DNA of 64,000 nucleotides from Mobula hypostoma. Lineage: Eukaryota. Positions 24,301 through 36,300 of this stretch are shown here, in pieces; the first letter of the stretch is position 1; each line of letters opens with the position of its first letter. The notes beneath the pieces were generated by a model that was given only the letters and a program-made list of their open reading frames with translations, was not told where the DNA came from and made no database searches. Location: NCBI RefSeq assembly GCF_963921235.1, contig NC_086101.1, positions 15,934,001-15,998,000 on the forward strand, read 5' to 3'. A program made the translations under genes and the position numbers.

Positions 24301-27300
24301 GAGGTGGGAAGTAGGGTTGTGCAGCTTGGTTCAAGAAACGAATGTTCAGTGATCAGATAAGGAATAATATCCATGGATTCCATTAGGAAAGGGTTCCGGC
24401 ACCTTGTGTGGAGTTAGTGGGAGCTCCCTGGGTCAATAGAGGAGGCAGAGAAAACTTAAGGTCAATAACAGTGATTAACAGAGTCGTGGATACTCATGAC
24501 AATGGACAGAATGGAGAGAATTGAAACATGCACAGGTGGAAGAGATGAGCGTAATTAGACACCAGTACTTTATTTAGTCCAGCATTAATTGTGGGCTGAA
24601 ATCCTGTTCCTGTGGTCTACTGTTTGACAAACTATGATGAACAAAGGCTGACAAACAACCAGAGTGCAAAAGAAGATAAATAATAAATATAAATACTCAA
24701 GTAATATTGAATTTGAAAGATCTTGAAAGCGAGTGTATTGGTTGTGGAGTCAATTTAGCGCTGAGGTGAGTAAGATTGTTCACATTGTTTCAGGAGCCTG
24801 ATGGTTGCAGGAAAGGGTTTGAAACCTGGGATCCATGGACCCTTTGCCTAATGGAATTGGTCCATGGCATTAAAAATGATTGGGATCGCGTGTTATCAGG
24901 TAATAACTGTTCCTGAACTGGTAGCATGGGACCAAAGGCTTTGGTACTTCATGCTTGATGTTAGTAGTGAGAAGACAGCATCGCCTGGATGGTGGGATCC
25001 TTGATAATGGATGCTCCTTTCTTGTGGCAGAGCTCCTTGTAAATAAGGTGAAGCAGAGACTTTCACAAAAGAGGAAAAGCACAGAGATGAACACTTGACG
25101 CTTTTCTAAGCAAAATGTCCACGTCCTCCCTCATGGCGAGCAATCCCCACTTATGACATGCAGTCTCTCTCGCTCTCCACTCTTTTATTCCCTCTACCCA
25201 TCCCCTGCTCACAGAAATCCAATTTATGTTTTCAATTTTGCCCAGTTCTGTTGAAAACCCGATTTTCCAGAACCTTAACTCTGCTTGATTCTCTGCAGAT
25301 GCTGTTTAACCTGCTGAATATCCCAACATTCTCTGATTTTACTTCAGATTTCCAGCATCTGCGGGCTTTTTACGACTTACCGTCTCAGGTCCTTCCTCCA
25401 ATTGGTCTGAAGTTAAATCATCTGTAAAATTAATGATGTGCATATTAATGCAAACACTGGCAGATTTACAACTATCCTCTGCGTTCTACAGGCACCCACA
25501 CTCTCTGTGTAAAGAACTTCCCTCTGATCTCTGCCTCTTGTCATTTTGTACTCCTCTGTCAATTCACATCTTTCCTCCTTCACTCTAAAGAGAAAAGCCC
25601 TGGCTCACTCAGCCTATCCTCTCCAATCCAGGTGGCATTGGCCATGTAAATAATGATGTGGTGCGAACACAGTGGAAACATTAAAAACCTACAGCACAGT
25701 ACAGGCCCCTTCAACCCACAATGCTGTGCCGAGTATGTACTTATTTTAGACATTACCAAGGGTTACCCATAGCCCTCTGTTTTCTAAGCTCCATGTACCT
25801 ATCCAGGAGTCTCTTAAAAGACCCGATCGTTTCCGCCTCCACCATCGTTGCCGGCAGCCCATTCCACGCACTCACTACTCTCTGCATAAAAAAAAAACTT
25901 ACCCCTACCATCTCCATACAACTTAACACAATAAACAAAGGGTTTTATAGAGATGCAACATTACTTCACAGTTCTTAAACTCAATCTCCCAATTAATGAA
26001 GGTCAACACACTATACACTTTTGTCATGTCTCAATCAACCTGCACGGCAACTTTGAGGGATCTATGGATGTGGACTCCAAGTTCCCTCTGTTCCTCCACA
26101 TTGCTAGAAATTCTGCCATTCACCCTGTATTCTGCCTTCAAATTAAGGCTTCTGAAGTGAATCACTTCCCACTTTTCAGGATAGAATTCCGCGTGCCATT
26201 CTCAGCCCAGCTCTGCATCCTATCAATGCCCTGTTGTACTCCTTGCCACCATTTCACACTATCCACAACTCCACAACCTTAATGTTATGTACAAGCTTAG
26301 AAACACATCCTCCCACTTCAACTGAATCATTAACAAAAATCACGAAGACCGATGGTCCCAGAACAGATCGCTACAGAGCACCACAGTTCACCATTCTCCA
26401 GGCAGAATAGACTTCACCTTCAACTACCCTCTGCCATGTACAGGCAAGCAAATTCTGAATCCCCTCTGTGGGCAAGGCAATCCTGAATCGATATTCGAAT
26501 TACCAAGGGCACGAGGCTAAGTAGTGGAAGGCGGGGTTAATACTGATGGGTAATCACAGGTCAGCATGGAGAAGAAGGGATGAATGGCCAGGTTCTAGGC
26601 TGTATGACTCTCCAACTAACATCACAGACAAATCTGCTTAATACACTCACACGGTTTGGCTCTGGGGGCTTTTACTTACCCGATGTGGTGCTGTCATTCA
26701 GAGTAGATAGCTCCTGTCTGAAGAGAAAAAGTGGAAAATGTTTACTCCCTGTGTGTCCCTTTACATTGCAATGGAACACATTCTGTAAAACACAAGCGTG
26801 CAACAAGCACTCACCTTTGAACCCGGAGAGAATCTGTGAAGGGAAGGAGAGAAGAAAGATGCTGATTAATCAATAAACACAAGTGATTCTGCAGATGCTG
26901 GAAGTCCAGCGATCCACACACAAAATGCTGGATGAACTCAGCGGGTCAGGCAGCATTGATGGAAAGCAATAAACGGTCGATGCTTCTGATCAAGAGCCTC
27001 CAACAGGACTGGAAAGGAAGGGGGTAGAAGCCAGAACAAGAAGATAATGTGAGGGGAAGGGAGTGGAGTACAAACTGCCAAGTGATAGGTGAGACCAGGT
27101 GAGGGGGAAGGTGGGCAGGTGATGGAAGGCGCATGAAATAAGAAGCTGGGGGGAGGGTGATAAGTAGAACAGGTGAAGGGCTGAAGATGAAGGAATCTGA
27201 CAGGAGAGGACAGAGAATAATTGAAGGGAAGGACAAGGGGCATCTGAGGAAGGAGATGATTGGGTAAGGAGAAGGAAAGGGGCTGAGAGGGTAACCAGAA

Positions 27301-30300
27301 TGAGGAATGGAAAAAGAGAGGGGAGAGAAGCTGAGAGAAACCAATGTTAATGCCACCAGGTTGGAGGCTACCTACATGGAATATGAGGTGTTGCTCCTCC
27401 ATCCTAAGTTTGACCTCATTGTGGTGGTAGAGGAAGCCATGGACAGTCATGTCAGAATGGGAATAGGAAGTCAAATCGAAATGAGTGCGCTTGTTCTCAG
27501 TTCCACCCAGGAGGGAAAGGTGGCTTCAGAATGCACTGGTTTCCCACTTAGCACTCATAACCGAGTCAGTTGTATGGACAAATCATATGGATACTTGCTT
27601 CCATTGGGCAACGCAGGGAGTATAAAAGATAATGATACGGCTTTATAAGGAATTGGTTAGGTCACAGCTGGAGGACTGTACACAATTCAGGTACCACGCT
27701 GAAGGAAGGATGTGATTGCACTGGAGAGGGTGCAAAGACAATTTACAAGGATGTGACCCACTGCCACTCACATAGAGATAATTGTTCTTAGTATCTTCAT
27801 TCTTGTTTATGTTATTTTTATTTAGGGACACAGGGCAGTAACAGACCCTTCCAGCCCAACGAGACTGCTCTGTGCAGTTACACCCATGTCACCAATTAAC
27901 CTGACAACTTGTATGTCTTTAGGATGTGGAGGGAACTGCTGCACCCAATGGAAACCTACGCATTCACGGGGAGAACACACAAATTCCTTAGAGTCAGTGG
28001 AAGGAATTGTGCCACCCCTTTGCTGGCACTGTAACAGTGTTACAGGAACCACAATGTCACCGCGCCACCCCACTATTCTACCTTCACTGTCCCTGATGAG
28101 CATTTCTTTTTGCACTACGATGCATTGCACTGCTCTCCTTGCACCAGTCTGTTGTCTTGTCCTCATGGCTGTATTTGATGTTGTATTTAATATTACCACG
28201 TACACCAGTGAGCTTCAAACAGGGAAAGGATTTCATCGCATCTTGGAGCGGTTGACAATAAATTTATCCAGCCTAGTCATCAGAGAAAGCTGCAGAATTG
28301 GGCACAATTACAATTAGAGGCCAGCTGACTGGGCCTTGTGCCTCTTGATCGCACTGATGTTCAATACTGGGACCCACCAACTCGAGACAGTCCGGTATTC
28401 ACGGGTGTCCTTCGTGTAAATTTTCACCCACATTACTAACCTTTGTGCACAGAGGAGAGGCCTAAACTCTGAATGTACTTCATCGCCATGACAGTATCAC
28501 TGGATTTCAAGCACGGAGCAGAGTCCTGGACTCGGAGTGCACCTTCTCAACTATCCACATCACTGGGTGCAGAGTGGAGTGCTGACCTCTACCTCCTTCA
28601 TGTCCCTGTCTATGTCCATACACCCTAATCTGACCCCTAACTCCATTCACTGTCCTGAAAACCATTCCTACAAACTTAAAAGCACAACAAAGTCTGGGCC
28701 ATGATCTCAAGAGATACCACAGCTCGCACCATTATGACCAAAGATTTATGGGCCATCTCAGTCAGCAGAGATGAGTTGGGCTGAAGGGCCTGTGTCTGTG
28801 CTGATGACTCACAGATCTACTACCTCAATTGCCCCACTTATCTGCACATGCTGGTGAACCCCTTGGGCTTTCCAGATGTTCCTCTCCTTTAAGGATATAA
28901 GGCATTGGTCAAAGAACATTGGCAGTGTTGTGTGCAGTTTTGGGCTTCATATCTAAGAAACAATGTGCAGGTGTTGGAGAGGATCCAGAGGAGAATGACA
29001 AAACAGATCTGGGAATGAAAGAGTTAACGTATGAGGATTGCAGACTCTGAGCCGTACTTGCTGGAGTTTAGAAGAATGGTGGGGAGGGATCTTACTGACA
29101 TCTATCAAATACTGAAAGGCCTAAACAGAGTGTATGTGGAGAGAATATTTCCAATATTGAGAGAGTCTTGGACCTGAGGGCACTGCTCAGAATAGGATAT
29201 AAGGAGGAGTTTCATTACCCAGAAGATTCATTACCACAGATGAATGTGGAGGCCAAATGATTGGGTATATTTAAAACAGAAGGTGATAGGTTGAGTATTG
29301 GTTTCTAAGGTTATGGAGGAAGGCAGGAGAATGGTGTTGAGACGGAAAAAAATCCCTCAATGTGGAATGATGGAGTAAATTCGTTGGGCCAAATGGCCAA
29401 ATCCTTATATGTCTGATGATCCTAAACTGGCCATAGAGGTAAAGAATTCAGTCTCTTTACTTTCCGCTCTGCGTAGTTTTCGAAGAAACAGGATGCTGAC
29501 GAGCAGGATGCTCCCTTGTATTCCAAAGACCGTTAACAGGATCACCAGGACAATCGTGACAGGTTTCATTTTGCCTGTGGGAGAGAAAACAACTCAGAAC
29601 ACACGAGCACATATGGGCCATTTGGCCCTTCGAGACTGGTGAAGCACACAATGATATGGCAGCTGACCTGAAAGTGATTAACCCCAGTGGTGAGATCGTT
29701 CCTGTCCCTGCCACACCCCCTCCTCACTATTCCAGGGCAGGAAGCACAGGGAAGTTGCTCTTCCAATAATTGTATAGGATGACCAAAAGGTGATAAAGTC
29801 ATATCAAACGTTGATCTTCGTCTAACATTAATAAGTCCTACACTAATCCCATTTACATTTTCCTATTAATTTTACTGATAACTGATCCTCTCCACCTTCT
29901 CTTCAAATCCATCCAACTTTTTCCACTTGGCAACACACTGGGGGCAACTTACAGCAATCAATTAAACCACTGACCCACACATCCTTGGGGTGTGGGAGAA
30001 AACACCAACAACCGGAGGTGGGGGTTGGCCACACCATCACAGGAAGAATGCATTGAGAATAGGATAGGACAGTGTGTAACCCACTACCCCACCGGGTCCC
30101 AGAGGGGGATAGGACAGTGTGTGACCCACTGCCCCTCCGGGTCCCAGAGTGGGGTTCGACAGAGTATAACCCACTGCCCCAGCAAGTCCCAGAGGGGGAA
30201 GAGGGTAGTGTGTGACTGACTGCTTCACCTCGACCAAGAGGGGCAGAGAACATCTTGTAACTCACTGCCCCACCCAGTACCAGAGGGAAGAGGACAGTGT

Positions 30301-33300
30301 GTGACCCACTGCCGTACTGGGTACCAGTGTGAGGGAGGATCGTGTGTGACCCATTGCCACTGTTCTATAATCTGCACACTGAGCCAATCATTGTTTACGG
30401 GTTGATAAGTGTGTGATCTCTAGCCAGTCACCCCAATGTAATTCTTGTTATCTTTAGTCTCCCATCTACATTCAACGATGGTCAGCCAGTCCTGTTGGTG
30501 ATGACACTGGAAGTGAAGGCAGGAAACCAGACAGGGCTCATGAATAGAAAGTTGATGGGGGAGGGTGTGTGTTAGTGGGTGGTAATAAGCTCAGTATTGT
30601 CTGGGCTGGGGAACCACTCACGTGTGTGACTGACTGTCAGCCATACTCCTTCTCCGATTTCCTCGCCAATCCCGTCTATCCGTACTTTGCAGTGGTACAT
30701 TGCGGTATCACACTCCTTCACATCCATCCGCTTCATGGAAGCTTTGAAGGAATCCTCCTGGTCAGGCCCAAGGACGCGCCCTGCATACTCTGCCGTCCCG
30801 TTGGAGGCTTCAGATGCTTTGCTGTACCAGCTGTAGAACACAATGTCTCCGGAGTGATTGGCATTTGACCTACAGATCATGAGGTCCGTTTCACCCTCAC
30901 GTACAAATATACTGGACTGGCCTTGCGTAACCGTGAAGCTCTTGCTTTTTCCTGAAATGGGAAAGGAGAAAGTAAATGCTTCCCGTTTGGAAGTTGGCCA
31001 TTGGGGTGGGAATTAAGGCCCAGTGTTAAAGACTGGAAACATTCAACATTTGAGATTGTTTGTTGTCAATCGTCAGTACAATAGTTTAAAGGAAGATGAA
31101 ATCATTGTTTCTCCAGTTCTGATGCAGCATTAAAAAGAGACAATAAGCATAAAAACAAAAAACTATAGTGTATAAATATACACCCATCCTGTAAAATGTG
31201 TGGCGCGTGGCCAAGTGGTTAGGGCGTTGGGTTCACGATCTGAAGGTCGTGGGTTCGAGTTTCGGTCAAGGCAGCGTGTTGTGTCTTTCAGCAAGGCACA
31301 TTACCACATACTGCTCCAGTCCACCCCCAGCTGAAAATGGGTACTGGCAAAATACTGGGGGTTAACCTCACGATAGACTGGCGTCCAATCCGCAGGGTAG
31401 TCAGGTACTCTCAGTCGCTTCACGCCGCTGAAACTGGCATAAGCACCGGCCCGCTGGGCAACAAAGGCTCAGACTTTAACTTTTAACTGATCCTATAAAA
31501 CACAATGTACAAGTAACTGTAAAGTGACAGTGCATGGGAAGGGTGCTGAGGGCTGTGGAGAGGAGTGGCTGATGTGGATGTAGTGGTGGTGGGGTGGGTT
31601 AATGGTGGAGGTGTTGATCAACCTGATAACATTGGTTGAAGTATCTGATTTTGATTCTGATCTTTGATGGTGGATAGGCCAATACCGAGGTTGTGTTCTG
31701 CATTTTGAAGGACACATATGACAAGCTGTTCATTGGCTTGTCATATGAAGAGTGTTTGATGGCTCTGGGTCTGGGTCTGTATTCGCTGGAATTCAGAACA
31801 AGGGGTGACCTCATTGAAGCCTATCAAACAGTGAAAGGCCTTGAAAGAGTGGATATGGGGAGGATGTTCCTATGGAGGACGAGTCTAAGACCGGAGGACA
31901 CAGCCTCAGAATAGAGGGGTGTCCTTTAGGAAGGAGATGAGGAGCAGTTTCTTTAGCCATTGAGTGGTTAATCTCTGGAATTTCTTGCCACAGACAGCTG
32001 TGGAGGCCAAGTGTTCATGTATACTTGAGACAGAGGTTCTTGATTGGTCAGGACATGAAGAGACACAGAGAGAAGGCAAGTGATTGGGGTTGAGAGGAGA
32101 ATGGATCAGACATGATGAAATAACGGAACAGACTCTTCCAAATCAGGCCAAATGGCCTAATTCTACACCTATATCTTATGGTGTTATTTAACTACCTGCT
32201 GTAGAGTCGTCCTATCCATCACTGTGAGTTTCTGTACCACACAGCGATCCAGCATGTTAGGATGCTCTCTAATGTGCATCCAAACATGTTCCATAACCTG
32301 GGCTTCTAAACGTCCCTCTGCAACTCTATTCTTGCCATCCTCACTGGGAGACCAGAGTCTGTGCGGGTTGGAAATAATATCACCACCTCGCTGACAATCA
32401 ACACTGGTGTACCTCAAGGATGCATGCTTGGCCCACTGCTCTACTATCTCTACACTGGCAATTGTGTGGCTAGGCACAGCTCAACTGCCATTTATAAATT
32501 GGCTGTCATCATAATTATTGTTGGTAAAATTTTAGATGGTGATGAGGAGGTGTACAGGAGTGAGAAAGACCAGCTGGTTGAGTGGTGTTGCAACAACAAA
32601 CTTGAATTTAATATCAATAAGACCAATAAATTGATTGTGTACTTCATGAAGGGGAAGTCAAGGGAACACACCCCAGTCCTCATCAGAAGTGGAAAGGGTG
32701 AGCGGTTTCAAGTTCGTGGGTGTCACCATCCCTGTGGATCTATCCTGGCCCCAGGATATTGATCCAATGACACAGAAGGTACAACATATTCAATATTGTA
32801 TTCGGACTCTGGAGATTTGGTACGTCATCAAAGATACCTGCAGATTTGTAGATTTCTACAGATGTGCTAACTGTTTGCATTACTGCCTGACATTGAGCGG
32901 CCTCTGCACAGGACTGGAAAAAGTTGCATAAAATAGAGATTTCAGTGAGAGACAATCAGTCTCTCTCTGAGATGCATGGAATATCTTCCCCTATCTGGGA
33001 GTATTATTCTGGGGGGCGGTCCAGTCTCAACAAAGGAGCTGGCTATTTGGGATAGATGGGTCCATGGGCTGGAGAGCCTTAGGATGGTTATAGAAGCTGA
33101 GCTGCAGAGTATGTTCAAGCAGAGTTTGACAGATTCTGCCTTCCGTCACTGTGATTTTGGAACCAGAGTTTTCCCATACTAATGGAGAACACAGCAGATG
33201 ATGGAGGAACTCAGTGGGTCGGGCAGCAGCTATGGCAGGAGAAATTTCCAGTCGTCTGGACTGGAAGACTGAAGAGAATTGGCCAGAAACAGAAAGGTAA

Positions 33301-36300
33301 TGGGGAAGGGGTAGAGCAAGTGCAGGTGGATCCAAGTGAGGAGGAGGTGATAGGCAGAAGGGGGAAGGAAGGTGGAGGTAGCCATGGAGGCTGGGAGGTG
33401 GTAGGTAGCTGTGACAAAGTACTGCAGATGTTGGAGTTTTAGAACTCAGGTCTCAGCATTTCATTATTGTGCAGTTTGTCGTCTTTTGTTTGTAGGGATA
33501 ACGGAGTAGATCAGGAGGAGGGGAAAAGGGTCAGAGGGGGAGCAGTTTACAGTAAGTTGAAGAATTCAAAGTTCACACTGTCAGCTTGTGGACAGCCCAG
33601 GGGGAAGTGGAAAATGACGTTCCTCTAGCTTGCGTTTGAGCTGACCCTGACTGAGGAGACTGAGGATAGATGTGTTGGTATGGAGATTGGGCGGGGGGTG
33701 GAGTGGAAATGAAATGGGTAGCAACTGAGAATGGGGAACATCATCCATACTAGCTCGAGTGAGCTTGTGTCAGTCACCATGGAAGCAACAACTTGCCCAA
33801 ATATCCTGCCAGCATCCTTCAAGGAGAGAAATGGATGATCTCAAACCGGGAATTTACCACTCAACTCTTCGAGGCCCCTCTGAACGTAGCTGCCCCAGTT
33901 CAAGACCCAAGGAGGGGGATAGACTCGCCCCACATGGTAGGTAATCTGGCAGACTTGAGAAAGGGTAAAATGAGGAAACACGAGCCAATCCATATGCAGG
34001 GATCAGAAGTGGAGAGAGTGAGCAATGTCAAGTTCCTGGCTGTCTGGGGATCTAACCTGGCCGCAACATATTGATGCAGTGATAAAGGAGGCAAGACAGC
34101 AACTGTATTTTATTACGAATTTAAGGGGATCTGTTTTGTTACCTAAAACACTTGAAAACTTCTACAGATGTACCATGGGGAGCATTTTGACAGGCTGCAT
34201 CAAGTCTGGTATGGGTAGGGGGTGGGGAGGTGTGCTACTGCACAGCATCAGAAGAAGCTACAGATATCTGTAAAATTAGTCAGCTCCATCTTGGGTACCA
34301 GCCTCCGCAGTATCTAAGACATCTTCAAGCAGTGGTGCCTCCGAAAGGTGGCGTCCATCATTAAGGACCCCCATCACCCAAGACATGCCCTCTTCTCATT
34401 GTTACCATCGGGAAGGAGGTACAGAAGCCTGAAGGCTCACACACTCAGCGGTTCAGGAACAGCTTCTTCCCTCTGCCGTCTGATTTCTCAATGGATTTTG
34501 AACCCATGAACACTACCTTATATTTTTTAAAATTATTTCTGTTTTTGCACGATTTTTAAATTAAGTATTTAATATACATTTATACTTACTGTAATTGATC
34601 TGCTTATCTATTACTTTTTCTACATTATCATGTATTGCATTGTATTGCAGCTTAAGTAAACAAATTTCACAACATATGCCGGTGATATTAAACCCGATTC
34701 TGTTACTGATTCCGTTTCTGCTTCGGATCCTGCCATCAGTCAGAGTTGGCATTGGGGGTAGAAACTTTGGAAGAATGAGGTGGTAAAACTTGAGCAGAAA
34801 TATTTTAACAAAGAGTGTGATTGGGCTATGGACCGGACAGTTCAGTAGTTACTATTTCAAATACATTTGACAGTACTGTACAGGAACGGGCCCTTCAGTA
34901 AACAATGTTGTGCCAAACTAATTGGTGACCAAATGTCCAATTAAACTAACCCTTCCCAACATAATGTCCGTATCCCTCATTTCCTGCACATCCATGTGCC
35001 TGTTTAAGAGCCTGTTGAATGCCTGATTGTATCTGTCTGTGAAAAACACTTGCCCACACTTCTCCTTTGAATATATCCCCTCTCACTTAAAATTCATGCC
35101 CTCTGGAATCGGACATTTTTCCCCTGTGACAATGATATCAATTGTATGCTCTGTCTGTCTCTAATAAGCTATAAACCTCTATCAGGTCAAAGGCATCGGC
35201 GGCAGTGGAAGGCAGGCAGTGCACCACCAAACGTGATGAGTTCCTTCTCCTTGTGTGGGGATTTTTCTTATTTTTAAACCGTAAAAGAGAGATCAGATCC
35301 AGCGGAGTGGCCATCTTTGAACAAGAAGCGGCTGAGGCCAATGAAACAGGTAGCAAGGGGAGTTTTTTTTCCCTTTCGTTATTGCTGATTTGGTCTTGGC
35401 TGCCCATAGTACAGTGCAGGCAGGATGGCAGATGTGGCAGTGGAATGCTGCTCTTTCAGGATGTGGCAATTCATGGAACCTGATCGTCTCCCTGATGTCT
35501 ACAACTGTGGGAGGTGCAGCCAACTCCAGCTCATGAAAGACTACATGATGGAGCTGGAGCAACACACATCAAGGTTGCTGGTGAACGTAGCAGGCCAGGC
35601 AGCATCTCTAGGAGGAAGTACAGTTGACGTTTCGGGCTGAGACCCTACGTCAGGACTAACTGAAAGAAGAACTACTAAGAGATTTGAAAGTGGGAGGGGG
35701 AGGAGGAGATCCAAAATGACAGGAGAAGACAGGAGGGGGAGGGATGGAGCCAACAGCTGGACAGGTGATTGGCAAAAGAGATATGAGAGGATCATGGGAC
35801 AGGAGGCCTAGGGAGAAAGAAGCGGGCGGGGGGGAACCAGAGGATGGGCAAGGGATATAGTGAGAGGGACAGAGGGAGAAAAAGGAGAGAGAGAGAAAGA
35901 ATGTGTGTATATAAATAAATAACGGATGAGGTATGAGGGGGAGGTGGGGCATTAGCGGAAGTTTGAGAAGTCAATGTTCATGCCATCAGGTTGGAGGCTA
36001 CCCAGACGGAATATAAGGTGTCGTTCCTCCAACCTGAGTGTGGCTTCATCTTTACAGTAGAGGAGGCCGTGGATAGACATATCAGAACAGGAATGGGATG
36101 TGGAATTAAAATGTGTGGCCACTGGGAGATCCTGCTTTCTCTGGCGGGCAGAGCGTAGGTGTTCAGTGAAATGATCTCACAGTCTGCGTCGGGTCTCACC
36201 AATATATAAAAGGCCACATCAGGAGCACCGGACGCAGTATATCACCCCAGCTGACTCACAGGTGAAGTGTTGCCTCACCTGGAAGGACTGTCTGGGGCCC

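Noticed and set aside
27762-27800. gtgagt donor after [10 protein letters not shown]
   Set aside because: A-rich upstream sequence with no credible acceptor; stop in phase 1.
28300-28500. Possible Ig constant-domain exon on the minus strand ([18 protein letters not shown]...)
   Set aside because: No Cys/Trp framework or splice sites; the plus strand matches a decayed LINE RT.
28808-28885. Candidate 74-nt exon after the TM
   Set aside because: In-frame stop, and the acceptor lies in antisense CR1. The 19+38-nt pair explains the phase better.
31203-31280. tRNA gene
   Set aside because: A/B boxes only, continuing into a repeated SINE body.
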